Positions 48,448 through 57,423 of a stretch of DNA of 64,000 nucleotides are shown piece after piece (position 1 is the stretch's first letter; each line of letters begins with the position of its first letter). The position numbers and the translations under genes were made by a program. Source of the stretch: Minisyncoccia bacterium (GTDB lineage Bacteria > Patescibacteriota > Minisyncoccia > Phycocordibacterales > UBA9973); the NCBI GenBank assembly GCA_039809245.1, contig JBDHUP010000001.1, forward strand, positions 30,934-94,933. The letters run 5' to 3'. Under the pieces are notes generated by a model, which saw nothing but the letters and a program-made list of their open reading frames with translations, was not told where the DNA came from and searched no databases.

Positions 48448-48819
48448 TTAATTTAAAATACTGTTTATTTTCTTAATATCACGATCAATAGCAACAGCAA
48501 GCTCGTCTGAGTCTGCAAACTTCCTAACTTCTCTTATACGCTCCACTATATCAACTTCTATATCTATATTTTCAGTTTTTGGAACAGTATTATCATTAAT
48601 ACCGATAAGGTGGACTTCCATTGTTTTGTCACTCAAATCAAAAGTCGGGATTGATCCATAATGAAGAGCCCCTTTGTAAGTTTTCCCGTTTATTACTACC
48701 CAAGCAGCGTAAATACCCTCATCTAATACTAGATCTTTAGATACTACGAGGTTTATAGTCGGAAACCCCACAGAGTGACCTCTACCCTCTCCTCTAATTT
48801 GTTTGGTTACTATTAACAT
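48448..48819 (-). CDS. Monofunctional riboflavin kinase
   Basis: G.GRG..VGFPTIN, GIYA, G..PTF, EVHL, IRE.RKF.....L...I..DI; no FAD synthetase domain. Confidence 0.88.
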   Translation of the reverse strand: MLIVTKQIRGEGRGHSVGFPTINLVVSKDLVLDEGIYAAWVVINGKTYKGALHYGSIPTFDLSDKTMEVHLIGINDNTVPKTENIDIEVDIVERIREVRKFADSDELAVAIDRDIKKINSILN

Positions 48820-49723
48820 CTGATTGTAATCGAGCTATTTTATAAATAGCAAAACAAAGAATAATTCCAGCGATCCATTGAGATAAAGCTAGTACATCAT
48901 TATAAAGGAATATACCGATAATAACTGCCACTAATGGATAGAAAAGTTCTAAAATCGTTGATACGTGGACCGGAGTGTCTTTCAAGCCTTTGTAATAAAT
49001 ATATAAACCAACCATACCTGAAGTAAGTGCAATAATTATAAAAGCTCCGTAGTTTATCGTGGTTGGCATAGATAGACTTGAACCATAACCAAGTATAATT
49101 ATTAATATTAAGGAAATGATAGCAGTAAAGAAAAATCTATACAGTGTTGTCGTTTGATGAGAAACACGAGAGAGAATCATTTTAGAGAAAGTCGTTGATG
49201 TCCCCCACGCGAATGCTGCTCCGACTGCATAGAGCGCTGCTTTTATAGTATCGCCCCCTGTAGCGAAATTAATATGGCCATTTTTAAACGTCACAAAGTA
49301 AGCAGCGACAAATGCAAGAATAGCCCACTTGATATACCTCTTATCAAATCTTTCTTTCAAGAAAATAGACGCTGTGGTAATGGCAAAGATTGGTTGGAGC
49401 TTCTGAAGTAAGAAAACAACAGAGAATGAGATAAACATTGTCTTTAGAAGTGCTGTTGTAAACCAAAGAGTCCCTAAAAGTCCACTTAGGATTGAGACAA
49501 GTATCAATAGCCAGAAATCTTTTCTACCTATCCTCTCAACTTTTACAACTTTCCATACAAATGGGAAAAGAATCACAAGACCTATTAGATGCTCGAAAAA
49601 TATGATAGTAATCGGTGGAATGCCACCCAATGTCCTTCTAAGAATACCATCTAGCCCCCACAGTAGTGCTGCAATAATAATAAGGATTGGGCCATTAAAA
49701 CCCATACTTTTCGATATTTTCAT
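48794..49723 (-). CDS. DMT/EamA transporter, ImpX-like putative riboflavin importer
   Basis: 10 TM, two EamA repeats, AALLWGLDG, LLQKLQPIFAI, YY.GL..T; overlaps the riboflavin kinase start. Confidence 0.75.
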   Translation of the reverse strand: MKISKSMGFNGPILIIIAALLWGLDGILRRTLGGIPPITIIFFEHLIGLVILFPFVWKVVKVERIGRKDFWLLILVSILSGLLGTLWFTTALLKTMFISFSVVFLLQKLQPIFAITTASIFLKERFDKRYIKWAILAFVAAYFVTFKNGHINFATGGDTIKAALYAVGAAFAWGTSTTFSKMILSRVSHQTTTLYRFFFTAIISLILIIILGYGSSLSMPTTINYGAFIIIALTSGMVGLYIYYKGLKDTPVHVSTILELFYPLVAVIIGIFLYNDVLALSQWIAGIILCFAIYKIARLQSDVNSNQTN

Positions 49724-49811
49724 ATTGGCTTAGTATAACATAGAGCGTTACCTTAATAGCAAGAAATCTGATATAATATACTTACTATCAATTATATTTA
49801 TATTATTTATC

Positions 49812-51011
49812 ATGAAAGAAGCTAAAAAAATTAATATGGAACTCGGAGGCAAAGAAGGCGGAAAGAATATCGGCCCTAAAATAAACAGAGAAGCAGTTGA
49901 TGCTTGGCTTTCAAAGTTTCCTAAAAATGAAGGGGGCGATTTATCATTAAAAGTAAATAGATTAAAAAACGAAGCACCCGCTTCTGTAAAAGAAGCTAAA
50001 GTAGCAGAAGCTCTTAAGATGGCAGAAGATTCATACCCCCCACAACCTGAAAAAGTCGCACCTGAGCCAGTAATAACTATTGAAAATACAAAAACTGAAG
50101 ATAAAAAAGAGAATAAGTTTTTAGCTGGAATTAAAAAACTTTTTGGTGGAAGAAATACAAAAAAGGCAGTTATAAGTGGATTAGCCTTAGGATCTGCTCT
50201 ATCTGCTCAAGGACAAAATATAAACCAACAAGCTGATCAAGCATTTGTAAAAAATAGTAATGCAAAAGAATACAAAATTGGAGGAAATGAAACAAAACCT
50301 GAAGCAAGAAAAGTTTCTAAGGTTCCAGAAGGATATACACCAGATGGAAAAGAAGGCACGAGAGAATATTATAAAAAAGTAACTTCAAATCAAAATGGCG
50401 TGGAAATGGCGGTTTCAGGTGGCCCACAAGGTGATAATTCAAAGTTCTTAATTGAAAAACTTGGACAAGGAGTAACTCCAGACGAATTAGTTGCAAAAGG
50501 TCACGCCACAAAAGAAGGTATTAAAAAATTCGAAAAGTATTACAAACCATCTTCTTCAGTAGATAGAGTATATATAGAACCATCAAAAGAAATTAAAAAA
50601 GCTGATCCATATGCAGCTTTTGCAATATCAGGAGAAGGTGTATACCTACCTGGAGTAAGTGGACCTAATGCTGGTCAGATGTACTACTTATCTATGGGAT
50701 CAAAGAATGCTTGGGAATCTGGAATGACTAACACATCCCTTGAACCATGTGTGGTTCGTCTTGAGAATCCTAATGGGAAATATATAGATACTACTGTTAA
50801 ACTTTATTCAATTGAAGATAGAAATAAATACTTCGATATAAGTGGTAGACATTTACTTCCAGGAGCATTTGAAGCTTTGAAAAAAGTGGCAGAAGAGCAA
50901 ATGAAGGAAGTGAATAATAGTAGTGAAGAAAAAATACAGCAGTTAGGAGCAGACTACACAACTAAAGCAGATACAGTTAAATTACCAGGATCAAACATTG
51001 AAGGAAAATAA
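49812..51011 (+). CDS. Hypothetical protein (399 aa)
   Basis: Long ORF with an internal hydrophobic segment and its own terminator. Confidence 0.7.
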   Translation: MKEAKKINMELGGKEGGKNIGPKINREAVDAWLSKFPKNEGGDLSLKVNRLKNEAPASVKEAKVAEALKMAEDSYPPQPEKVAPEPVITIENTKTEDKKENKFLAGIKKLFGGRNTKKAVISGLALGSALSAQGQNINQQADQAFVKNSNAKEYKIGGNETKPEARKVSKVPEGYTPDGKEGTREYYKKVTSNQNGVEMAVSGGPQGDNSKFLIEKLGQGVTPDELVAKGHATKEGIKKFEKYYKPSSSVDRVYIEPSKEIKKADPYAAFAISGEGVYLPGVSGPNAGQMYYLSMGSKNAWESGMTNTSLEPCVVRLENPNGKYIDTTVKLYSIEDRNKYFDISGRHLLPGAFEALKKVAEEQMKEVNNSSEEKIQQLGADYTTKADTVKLPGSNIEGK

Positions 51012-51018
51012 TAATATT

Positions 51019-51052
51019 CATAAAACACCTCGATCTATCGAGGTGTTTTATG
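51019..51052. terminator. Palindrome / intrinsic terminator
   Basis: CATAAAACACCTCGAT-CT-ATCGAGGTGTTTTATG. Confidence 0.8.
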
Positions 51053-51088
51053 TTGACTAGGTTGTAAAAAATGTTCTGCTTCTAAAAA

Positions 51089-51120
51089 TGCACCTACTGT
51101 ATTTTGACGCGCGTATATAT
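51089..51120 (+). promoter_or_regulatory. Putative ECF-sigma promoter 2
   Basis: TGCACC (51089-51094), 17 nt, CGTATATAT (51112-51120). Confidence 0.65.
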
Positions 51121-51162
51121 TAGTAGGTTCGAAATTATTAGTTAATTAAGAAATTTAAATTT

Positions 51163-51849
51163 ATGACAAAAAAAGGAACAGTTATCGCGCTTGCAGCAGT
51201 TATGTTCACTGCTTCAGCACTTGGATTCAGTGGAGTAGCGCTTGCTGATAATACTGATACATCATGGAAAGAAAGCCAAAATGCTATTAAGAATTATATC
51301 AAGCATGCCCCTGGAGTTATGGGTAAAGTAACAGCTATAAATGGATCAACAATCACAGTAGAAGGTAAGAATAATACTGTTTATACAGTAGATGCCTCTA
51401 CAGCCAAGATTCTAAAGAATAGGAATACTGTTATCACTATCGCTGATATAAAAGTCGGTGACACTATAATGGCTCAAGGAACTGTTACGGGCACCAATGT
51501 GGTGGCTACAACAGTCTTTGATGGTAAACCTCTAATGGGTAAGAAGCATAATGGCAACTTCCCTGGAGTTATGGGAATAGTTAGTAATGTAAACGGGTCA
51601 ACATTCCAAGTTACAGACAAGAATAACACAATCTACACTGTAACGACGACAACTGACACCAAGATAAAGAAAGGTAATCCCCCAGTAGCAGCTACAATCA
51701 CTGATATCCTAAATGGAGACGCTGTCATGGTTCGTGGAGCTGTAAATGGCAGTACTGTCAGTGCTGAGAGTATATTTGATGGTAAACTTGGAACGCACAG
51801 AGGAAAAGGCTTCCTACGTGGCAACCACAAAGGTAAAATAACTCAATAA
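51163..51849 (+). CDS. Secreted protein with two DUF5666-like OB repeats
   Basis: Signal peptide ending ALA; two repeats PGVMG.V..(I/V)NGST..V..KNNT.YTV......I..GD..(M)..G.V.G..V.A...FDGK. Confidence 0.8.
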   Translation: MTKKGTVIALAAVMFTASALGFSGVALADNTDTSWKESQNAIKNYIKHAPGVMGKVTAINGSTITVEGKNNTVYTVDASTAKILKNRNTVITIADIKVGDTIMAQGTVTGTNVVATTVFDGKPLMGKKHNGNFPGVMGIVSNVNGSTFQVTDKNNTIYTVTTTTDTKIKKGNPPVAATITDILNGDAVMVRGAVNGSTVSAESIFDGKLGTHRGKGFLRGNHKGKITQ

Positions 51850-51870
51850 AATAATAAGAAGTCTCTATCT

Positions 51871-51901
51871 TTAAAACACCCCTTATATAGGGGTGTTTTA
51901 A
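51871..51901. terminator. Palindrome / intrinsic terminator
   Basis: TTAAAACACCCCT-TATAT-AGGGGTGTTTTAA. Confidence 0.8.
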
Positions 51902-51926
51902 TATATTAGGCCATAAAATCTCTACA

Positions 51927-51955
51927 TTGACAATGCACTAATTTAGGTGTATAAT
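51927..51955 (+). promoter_or_regulatory. Perfect consensus sigma70 promoter
   Basis: TTGACA (51927), 17 nt, TATAAT (51950). Confidence 0.8.
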
Positions 51956-51980
51956 ACAAGCTCACCAAAAAGTTCTTTTT

Positions 51981-52241
51981 ATGAATAAAAAAATAGTTCT
52001 AAATCCTGTGAAAACAAAAGGAGTATGGTTCCTTAGTATACGATCAATTATGGCAGGAGTATGGATATCTGAATTAGAATCCATAGAGAAAAGTGGTTTT
52101 TTTATAACAAGCGAACTTATAGATTTAGGTTCACTTGAATATGGATTTTTTATTATAGTGATAAATTCCGAAAATGCTTTAGTTAGCATAAAGAATTTTT
52201 CAAAATTAAAAAGTTGTACTTTCGAAAACAAAATTACTTAA
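51981..52241 (+). CDS. Small hypothetical protein (86 aa)
   Basis: Preceded by a consensus promoter, followed by a terminator. Confidence 0.6.
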   Translation: MNKKIVLNPVKTKGVWFLSIRSIMAGVWISELESIEKSGFFITSELIDLGSLEYGFFIIVINSENALVSIKNFSKLKSCTFENKIT

Positions 52242-52264
52242 AACAAGTAAAAACAACATCCTAT

Positions 52265-52296
52265 GAAACCCTCGGTATTCCGCGGGTTTCTTTTTT
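52265..52296 (+). terminator. Intrinsic terminator
   Basis: GAAACCC-TCGG-TATT-CCGC-GGGTTTC plus T tract. Confidence 0.65.
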
Positions 52297-53056
52297 ATTT
52301 AATTAAGAAATCTTTAATCTCTGATAACTTTACTTTAAACGGTATCGCCCCAAGCGCCCCCGGACCGATCTCATATTTATCAAAATAGATTACTAAATTA
52401 CCTTTATCGTCATATGCCCAATTTGAAAGATCTGAAAAATTCAATTTATTAACTTCATCTTTGAAAACTACAGTTCCCTCTACCCCTTCTGGTCTCCAGT
52501 TAATTAATTTCTTTTTTAAGAAATCCATAAAAGATTGCTGATGACTAGAATCTATAACATCCGACAAAGCAAGTATGTGACCATTAGTTAAAGATGCAGT
52601 GAAGACCTTATATATATTATTACCATTTGCTCCTCCTGTATAAACATACTCATCTATAATTATAGATTCAGTTTTTTCATTTTTTATATGATTTGCTTGG
52701 ATATCTAACTCATAATTTGCTGTTGGACTATCGCTGCCAAACTTAGCACGCATATCTGGAACATCAACATCAGCAGATTGCTTGAAAGTCAGTATTTCAT
52801 CTTCAATATACTTCTCTGCTGTCTGTGCAAGAACTGATGAACCTTCGATAACAGACTTGGTCCCTGTAAAATTATTTTCCAAAATATCCTCATCTTTAAT
52901 AGTAATCGGCGATGGAACATAAGGCTCCTCTTGTTTATCTACGATATTTTCTGATGTGGGATTAATATTGATTGTTTTTTTCTTAAATATAACTATACAG
53001 AGAGCTATTATAATAACTATCAATATGGTTATGATTATTTTTGCTTCTTTTTTCAT
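52295..53056 (-). CDS. DUF3298/DUF4163 (RsiV/PdaC-like) membrane-anchored protein
   Basis: N-terminal TM, Y.YTGGA.G, L.L.DV, LVIYF..YEI.PGA.G. Confidence 0.8.
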   Translation of the reverse strand: MKKEAKIIITILIVIIIALCIVIFKKKTININPTSENIVDKQEEPYVPSPITIKDEDILENNFTGTKSVIEGSSVLAQTAEKYIEDEILTFKQSADVDVPDMRAKFGSDSPTANYELDIQANHIKNEKTESIIIDEYVYTGGANGNNIYKVFTASLTNGHILALSDVIDSSHQQSFMDFLKKKLINWRPEGVEGTVVFKDEVNKLNFSDLSNWAYDDKGNLVIYFDKYEIGPGALGAIPFKVKLSEIKDFLIK

Positions 53057-53076
53057 ATGTTTTAATTATAACATTT

Positions 53077-53113
53077 AATCAAAAAACCGCCCTTAATGGA
53101 CGGTTTTTTGATT
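53077..53113. terminator. Intrinsic terminator
   Basis: AATCAAAAAACCGCCC-TTAAT-GGACGGTTTTTTGATT. Confidence 0.75.
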
Positions 53114-53117
53114 TTTA

Positions 53118-54056
53118 TTATTGACCTACTTGTATTCCACCTTTTAAATCTATGTTTATAGCCTTATTATTATCCTCATTCTCTTTTTCATTTTCGTTTT
53201 CAATATCACCATCATCATCTTTTTCCATAGAATCATCAGATTGGAGCTTTATATCAGTCTTTATAGAACTATCATCTCTTTGAGATTTATCATCTATGTC
53301 AGTATCTTTTTCTTCATACATTTCACCACCTAAGTAGAATCTAGGTTTCCCTTCATCAGAAGATTCAATTTTAAGAGAACTGCCTGTCTTTAATTTAAAG
53401 TCTTCTCTTGAATTACCCGAAAGGTCTACTCCTACTGAGACACTTGAATCTATTTCTCCACCAGTTGCTTTTACAGAATTGTCTTTATCTAAAGCAACAT
53501 CTGCATTACTTCTAGACTCAGCTTTGATAACTGAAGCAAAAACATACTCTCCTGCTAAAGTTGTATGTAGAGACTGGTCTGCTAGGACATCAAGTTTGAT
53601 ATTTGTATTGGCACCTTTTTTAACTACAACTTTTCCACCAACAACAACCTTTGATGAAGGAAGAACTGCTTTTACATCACCTTTTGATTTCGTATTTACG
53701 ACTACATCACCTAGAGTGACTCTGACCTTATCGTAAGTTCCTGCTGAAACATCAGCTTTTGCATATAATTCAGTTTTACCACTTTCATTTAGAGAAAGAA
53801 GTTTATAAGACTTACTATTTGAAGCCACATTAACCCAACCTTTCGTTGCGCTGTATAATTCTACCTTGTTAACTGACATATTTACTTCATTTACATCAGA
53901 TATATCAGCTGTAGCATCTGTAATGCCAATGTATAAACTACCTGCATTATCTGGTTTTTGACTCCTTTGATACTGTAAAAAACCAGCAATAACACCTATA
54001 ACTATTATTACCCCTATAATAACCCCTGTTCCTGTATTGTTTTTCATATAATTCAC
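53118..54056 (-). CDS. DUF4382-like membrane-anchored protein with acidic tail
   Basis: G.LYIGITDA, V.KVEL, W, LL.L, G.Y..VR..L, LPS, LD...DQSL. Confidence 0.7.
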   Translation of the reverse strand: MNYMKNNTGTGVIIGVIIVIGVIAGFLQYQRSQKPDNAGSLYIGITDATADISDVNEVNMSVNKVELYSATKGWVNVASNSKSYKLLSLNESGKTELYAKADVSAGTYDKVRVTLGDVVVNTKSKGDVKAVLPSSKVVVGGKVVVKKGANTNIKLDVLADQSLHTTLAGEYVFASVIKAESRSNADVALDKDNSVKATGGEIDSSVSVGVDLSGNSREDFKLKTGSSLKIESSDEGKPRFYLGGEMYEEKDTDIDDKSQRDDSSIKTDIKLQSDDSMEKDDDGDIENENEKENEDNNKAINIDLKGGIQVGQ

Positions 54057-54145
54057 TAATTTTATGTCTAATAATGGATAGGTAAAAACCTAGCATTATT
54101 ATACCCTTATAACTAAGTAGAATCAATTTTATAGAAAATAGCCTT

Positions 54146-55153
54146 TTAATTGCTATTTATAAGGAATTTAAAGCTTTTTATCACCTTTTCTAAATCATTT
54201 TTTATAACAGATTTATCAAACTCCTTTATCCCCTGCTCAGGTGAGTAATTACCAATATTTGTAGAGTGTATGGTGTACTCAATAGCATAACAATCACCAT
54301 CAACTATTCCTCTATAACCAGTAGTGTCATAGTAGTTACCAGCTCCAGCATCACTAGTCGTAAATTTAACAAAATCATATCCACCCAATTTAACCTTTTC
54401 TGTAATGCTATCTTTATTCTCTTGATTTATTATTCCGGTTGTATCATCACAACTTCTAATAACCTTTTCATCGCTTGATCTTCCTACAGTCAGTTTCACT
54501 CCTGAGAAATTTGTTTTTGGTATATATACCTTCGGAACAAACATCTGGGCAAGCAGTGTCCCTTTATCAGTATTACTAATTCTCCAGTCTGTAGTAGGAG
54601 TTGAATCACCCTCTACAACATAGAAAAAAGAATTATGATCAAATGAAAAAACGTCGTTTGAATCTTTAAAATTATCTACGCAGTTTTCTGATTTTGTAAA
54701 TGTAGATTTAGGATCATAGGTAACATTATTTATATCCTTAAATAATTCTTTGCCATTTTCCATCTTTACATCACCAAAGCCCTGTATCAGCTTGTCTCCA
54801 TCTTTTTTAAAAATAACTTGCCTATCGGAATGCATCCCCTCAGAATCAAAAGAATAGTTACCTATTAGTAATCCATCAGAAAATGTCCCGCTAAATGTTC
54901 CAGAGGAACTATCTTTCTCAAAATTATTATAAGATAGTATACCTTTTAAAGTTCCATTATCTTCGGAGGATATCATCAATGTATAAATATCTTTACCTGT
55001 ATGGTTAACATAACATCCTATTAATGATTTAGAATCTGAGACAATGTTACTATTATCTTCTATTTTTTGAGTTTTTATAAAGTGGTACAATCCTATTCCC
55101 AACAAAATAACAATAATAATTAGGAGTAGTATATTTTTTGCAAATCTAGTCAT
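54146..55153 (-). CDS. Membrane-anchored hypothetical protein
   Basis: N-terminal TM; two Cys-containing domains (GCY..EKDSSSG..SEG; DAGAGNYY...CYAIEY.IHS.NI). Confidence 0.7.
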   Translation of the reverse strand: MTRFAKNILLLIIIVILLGIGLYHFIKTQKIEDNSNIVSDSKSLIGCYVNHTGKDIYTLMISSEDNGTLKGILSYNNFEKDSSSGTFSGTFSDGLLIGNYSFDSEGMHSDRQVIFKKDGDKLIQGFGDVKMENGKELFKDINNVTYDPKSTFTKSENCVDNFKDSNDVFSFDHNSFFYVVEGDSTPTTDWRISNTDKGTLLAQMFVPKVYIPKTNFSGVKLTVGRSSDEKVIRSCDDTTGIINQENKDSITEKVKLGGYDFVKFTTSDAGAGNYYDTTGYRGIVDGDCYAIEYTIHSTNIGNYSPEQGIKEFDKSVIKNDLEKVIKSFKFLINSN

Positions 55154-55177
55154 GTATTTATTATAGCATTAATAAAT

Positions 55178-56182
55178 TTAGTTTATTTCTATGTCTACAT
55201 AAGCTATCTGTGGGAATTTTTCTATTATATTCTTTTCTACTAGATCTATATGATTACCCACGAGTCGAGGGATACGATCAGTGGTCTTAAACATTAACTT
55301 TGCAAACTCCTTAAAGTCATTTTTAACACCTTCAAATTCTTCTTTAAGATCTCCGGCTTCATAAATCTCTTCATAGAGCGGTGAGCCATTCCATTCTACA
55401 GTGGCAAAGATTCTATATCTACCTATATCAACAGCGACTGACTTGAATTCGACTATATGCTCTATGCACGGATCTTTTTGAAGTTCTTCTATTATTTCTT
55501 CTGTAATCTTTTCATTTAAAGGTTTTCCTATTATATATTGGTGGTTCTTTCTAATTAAGATAATCGCTAAGAAACCTAGTATTAAACCTACAATTATTCC
55601 ACCGATGGCGTCGTAAGTTATATCACCCGTTATATAAGTTATCCATTGAGCAATAAGAGCAATAATAACGCCAAGAACCGCTGCTCCATCTTCATATATT
55701 ATTGCAAGTAATACAGGATCAGCTTCTTTAAAAATATCTTTTGAAAATTTTTGTCCTTTTATAAGCTCTTTAAGGGCAAGGCAGAGTGTAATACTCTCAA
55801 CCACGAGAGCAATTAATAATATAACTATGCTAACAGAACTAAATACATAGATCTCACTTCCCTTATGAAGTAGAGAATCAATAGAGTGGTAAACTGTAAT
55901 ACCAGAACCAATAAAAAGTATCCCGCAAGCAGATATTAGAGACCAGAAAAATCTTTCAATACCATATCCATATCCATGAATATTATCAGCAGGTTTCTTG
56001 GAACGTTTAAGTCCTATTAATAGTAAAGACTGGTTAAGAGTGTCAGCAAGACTATGTATACTTTCGGCAAACATACTAGCCGAACCAGTAATAAAAAATA
56101 TTACTGCTTTAATAATAGTCACAAATACATTGCCGAAAAGTGCAGCTGTTACTGACCTTTTACCGTGAGTCTGATTTATCAT
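55178..56182 (-). CDS. Cation diffusion facilitator transporter
   Basis: TGSASMFAESIHSLADT.NQ, H.YGYG.ERF, ED.AA..G, YDAIG. Confidence 0.92.
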   Translation of the reverse strand: MINQTHGKRSVTAALFGNVFVTIIKAVIFFITGSASMFAESIHSLADTLNQSLLLIGLKRSKKPADNIHGYGYGIERFFWSLISACGILFIGSGITVYHSIDSLLHKGSEIYVFSSVSIVILLIALVVESITLCLALKELIKGQKFSKDIFKEADPVLLAIIYEDGAAVLGVIIALIAQWITYITGDITYDAIGGIIVGLILGFLAIILIRKNHQYIIGKPLNEKITEEIIEELQKDPCIEHIVEFKSVAVDIGRYRIFATVEWNGSPLYEEIYEAGDLKEEFEGVKNDFKEFAKLMFKTTDRIPRLVGNHIDLVEKNIIEKFPQIAYVDIEIN

Positions 56183-56197
56183 ATTTTAATTAAAACT

Positions 56198-56638
56198 CTA
56201 ACTTCTAAAACCCAACTCACCTCTTCTGCTTTTGACTGCAAGTAATGCTAAAACTAATGCATAAACGACATGGTCATCTATTATTGGATTATTCTCTGGG
56301 AACAATAAGGCAAGCCACATTAAGACCATCATTATAATTCCAGCGACAGCAGCCAGTTCAACAAACTTATTAAATAAGAGAGCCAAACCAATAAAAAGTA
56401 ACCCGGCCATAAATATCCAATCTATAGCAGCAACCCCAGCAAGACTATTAAAAAAATTAGCAAGTGGCCCCTTTACCCCAAATTTAAGAAATCCAAATGT
56501 TGGAGACCCTCCATTTATCCAAGCTTTATCCGGTGTGGTCGCAAAACCTAATCCAAATAATTTATCAAAAAACGCCCAGAGAAAGATGAAAGACATAACA
56601 AAACGTAACTTTAGATAGATAATTTTTTGTATATTCAT
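56198..56638 (-). CDS. DoxX-family membrane protein
   Basis: LR....FIFLWAFFDKLFGLG, AWI.GGSPT.GFL, NPI.DDH. Confidence 0.8.
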   Translation of the reverse strand: MNIQKIIYLKLRFVMSFIFLWAFFDKLFGLGFATTPDKAWINGGSPTFGFLKFGVKGPLANFFNSLAGVAAIDWIFMAGLLFIGLALLFNKFVELAAVAGIIMMVLMWLALLFPENNPIIDDHVVYALVLALLAVKSRRGELGFRS

Positions 56639-56682
56639 ATGATTATATTATATCAAGATATTAAAAAAATACATATATAGAT

Positions 56683-57309
56683 TTAAACAGTCGGATTTTG
56701 TTTTAAATCTTGGAATGCTTTATCAATTTCTTGAACAGTCCAACCCTTTAGAACAAGTGAGTTATATATAAGGTTGTTTTCAACTCCATTAGCTTTTTCT
56801 TTTTTAATATAATCGAGTATTGATTCTTTATTATTAGTACTTTGTGCAGATTTGTTTGCCTGTATAACAGGTTTTAGTATTGGACTAACAGGCATAGGAG
56901 AATGCTTCATTTTAAACAATCTTCGTACCTCTCCACCTCCTAAAGAAACTACATCATAACCATTAAACGCAACTATAAGCGTAGCTACTAATACTAAAAT
57001 TACCTGTGGGTTTAGGTTATTAAATCCAGAAATTACAATTGAAGCTCCTGTGAAAATAGTTAAGATAACAGCACTAGCTCTTGAATATACACCTAAGAGT
57101 AAAGCAAGCCCAAAAACAATCTCAATAGCTCCACTAAAATGCACGAGTGTTTCAGAATCTAGTGGTGAATTAGCAATAATAAAATTTGGCATAGATTCTA
57201 TCCATTGGTGAGTATACACAAAATGTTGAAACCCGAAGAAAAGATAGGATAATGAGACTCCGATACGGATTATGGCACAAGTTATAGATGAAAAAAATTT
57301 TATCTTCAT
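56683..57309 (-). CDS. DoxX-family membrane protein with C-terminal extension
   Basis: IRIG....LFFG...F.....W...MP, G..EI..G..LL.G...R; tail YI......G.....I...L...GW...EI..AF. Confidence 0.7.
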   Translation of the reverse strand: MKIKFFSSITCAIIRIGVSLSYLFFGFQHFVYTHQWIESMPNFIIANSPLDSETLVHFSGAIEIVFGLALLLGVYSRASAVILTIFTGASIVISGFNNLNPQVILVLVATLIVAFNGYDVVSLGGGEVRRLFKMKHSPMPVSPILKPVIQANKSAQSTNNKESILDYIKKEKANGVENNLIYNSLVLKGWTVQEIDKAFQDLKQNPTV

Positions 57310-57324
57310 AAAATATTATTTTAA

Positions 57325-57402
57325 TTACCTACTAGTAACAACGACAATAATACATACAATTATTAATGCTATACATATGAAATTTAAATTTTTATTATTC
57401 AT
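57325..57402 (-). CDS. Small single-TM peptide (25 aa)
   Basis: Hand translation MNNKNLNFICIALIIVCIIVVVTSR*; AAGGT 7 nt upstream; fills an intergenic gap. Confidence 0.45.
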   Translation of the reverse strand: MNNKNLNFICIALIIVCIIVVVTSR

Positions 57403-57423
57403 ATAAATACCTTAAAAAAAATA

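Noticed and set aside
54069-54101. Hairpin TAATAATG..TAGGT-AAAA-ACCTA..CATTATTA upstream of the DUF4382-like gene as a riboswitch
   Set aside because: Short, AT-rich and without a known aptamer motif
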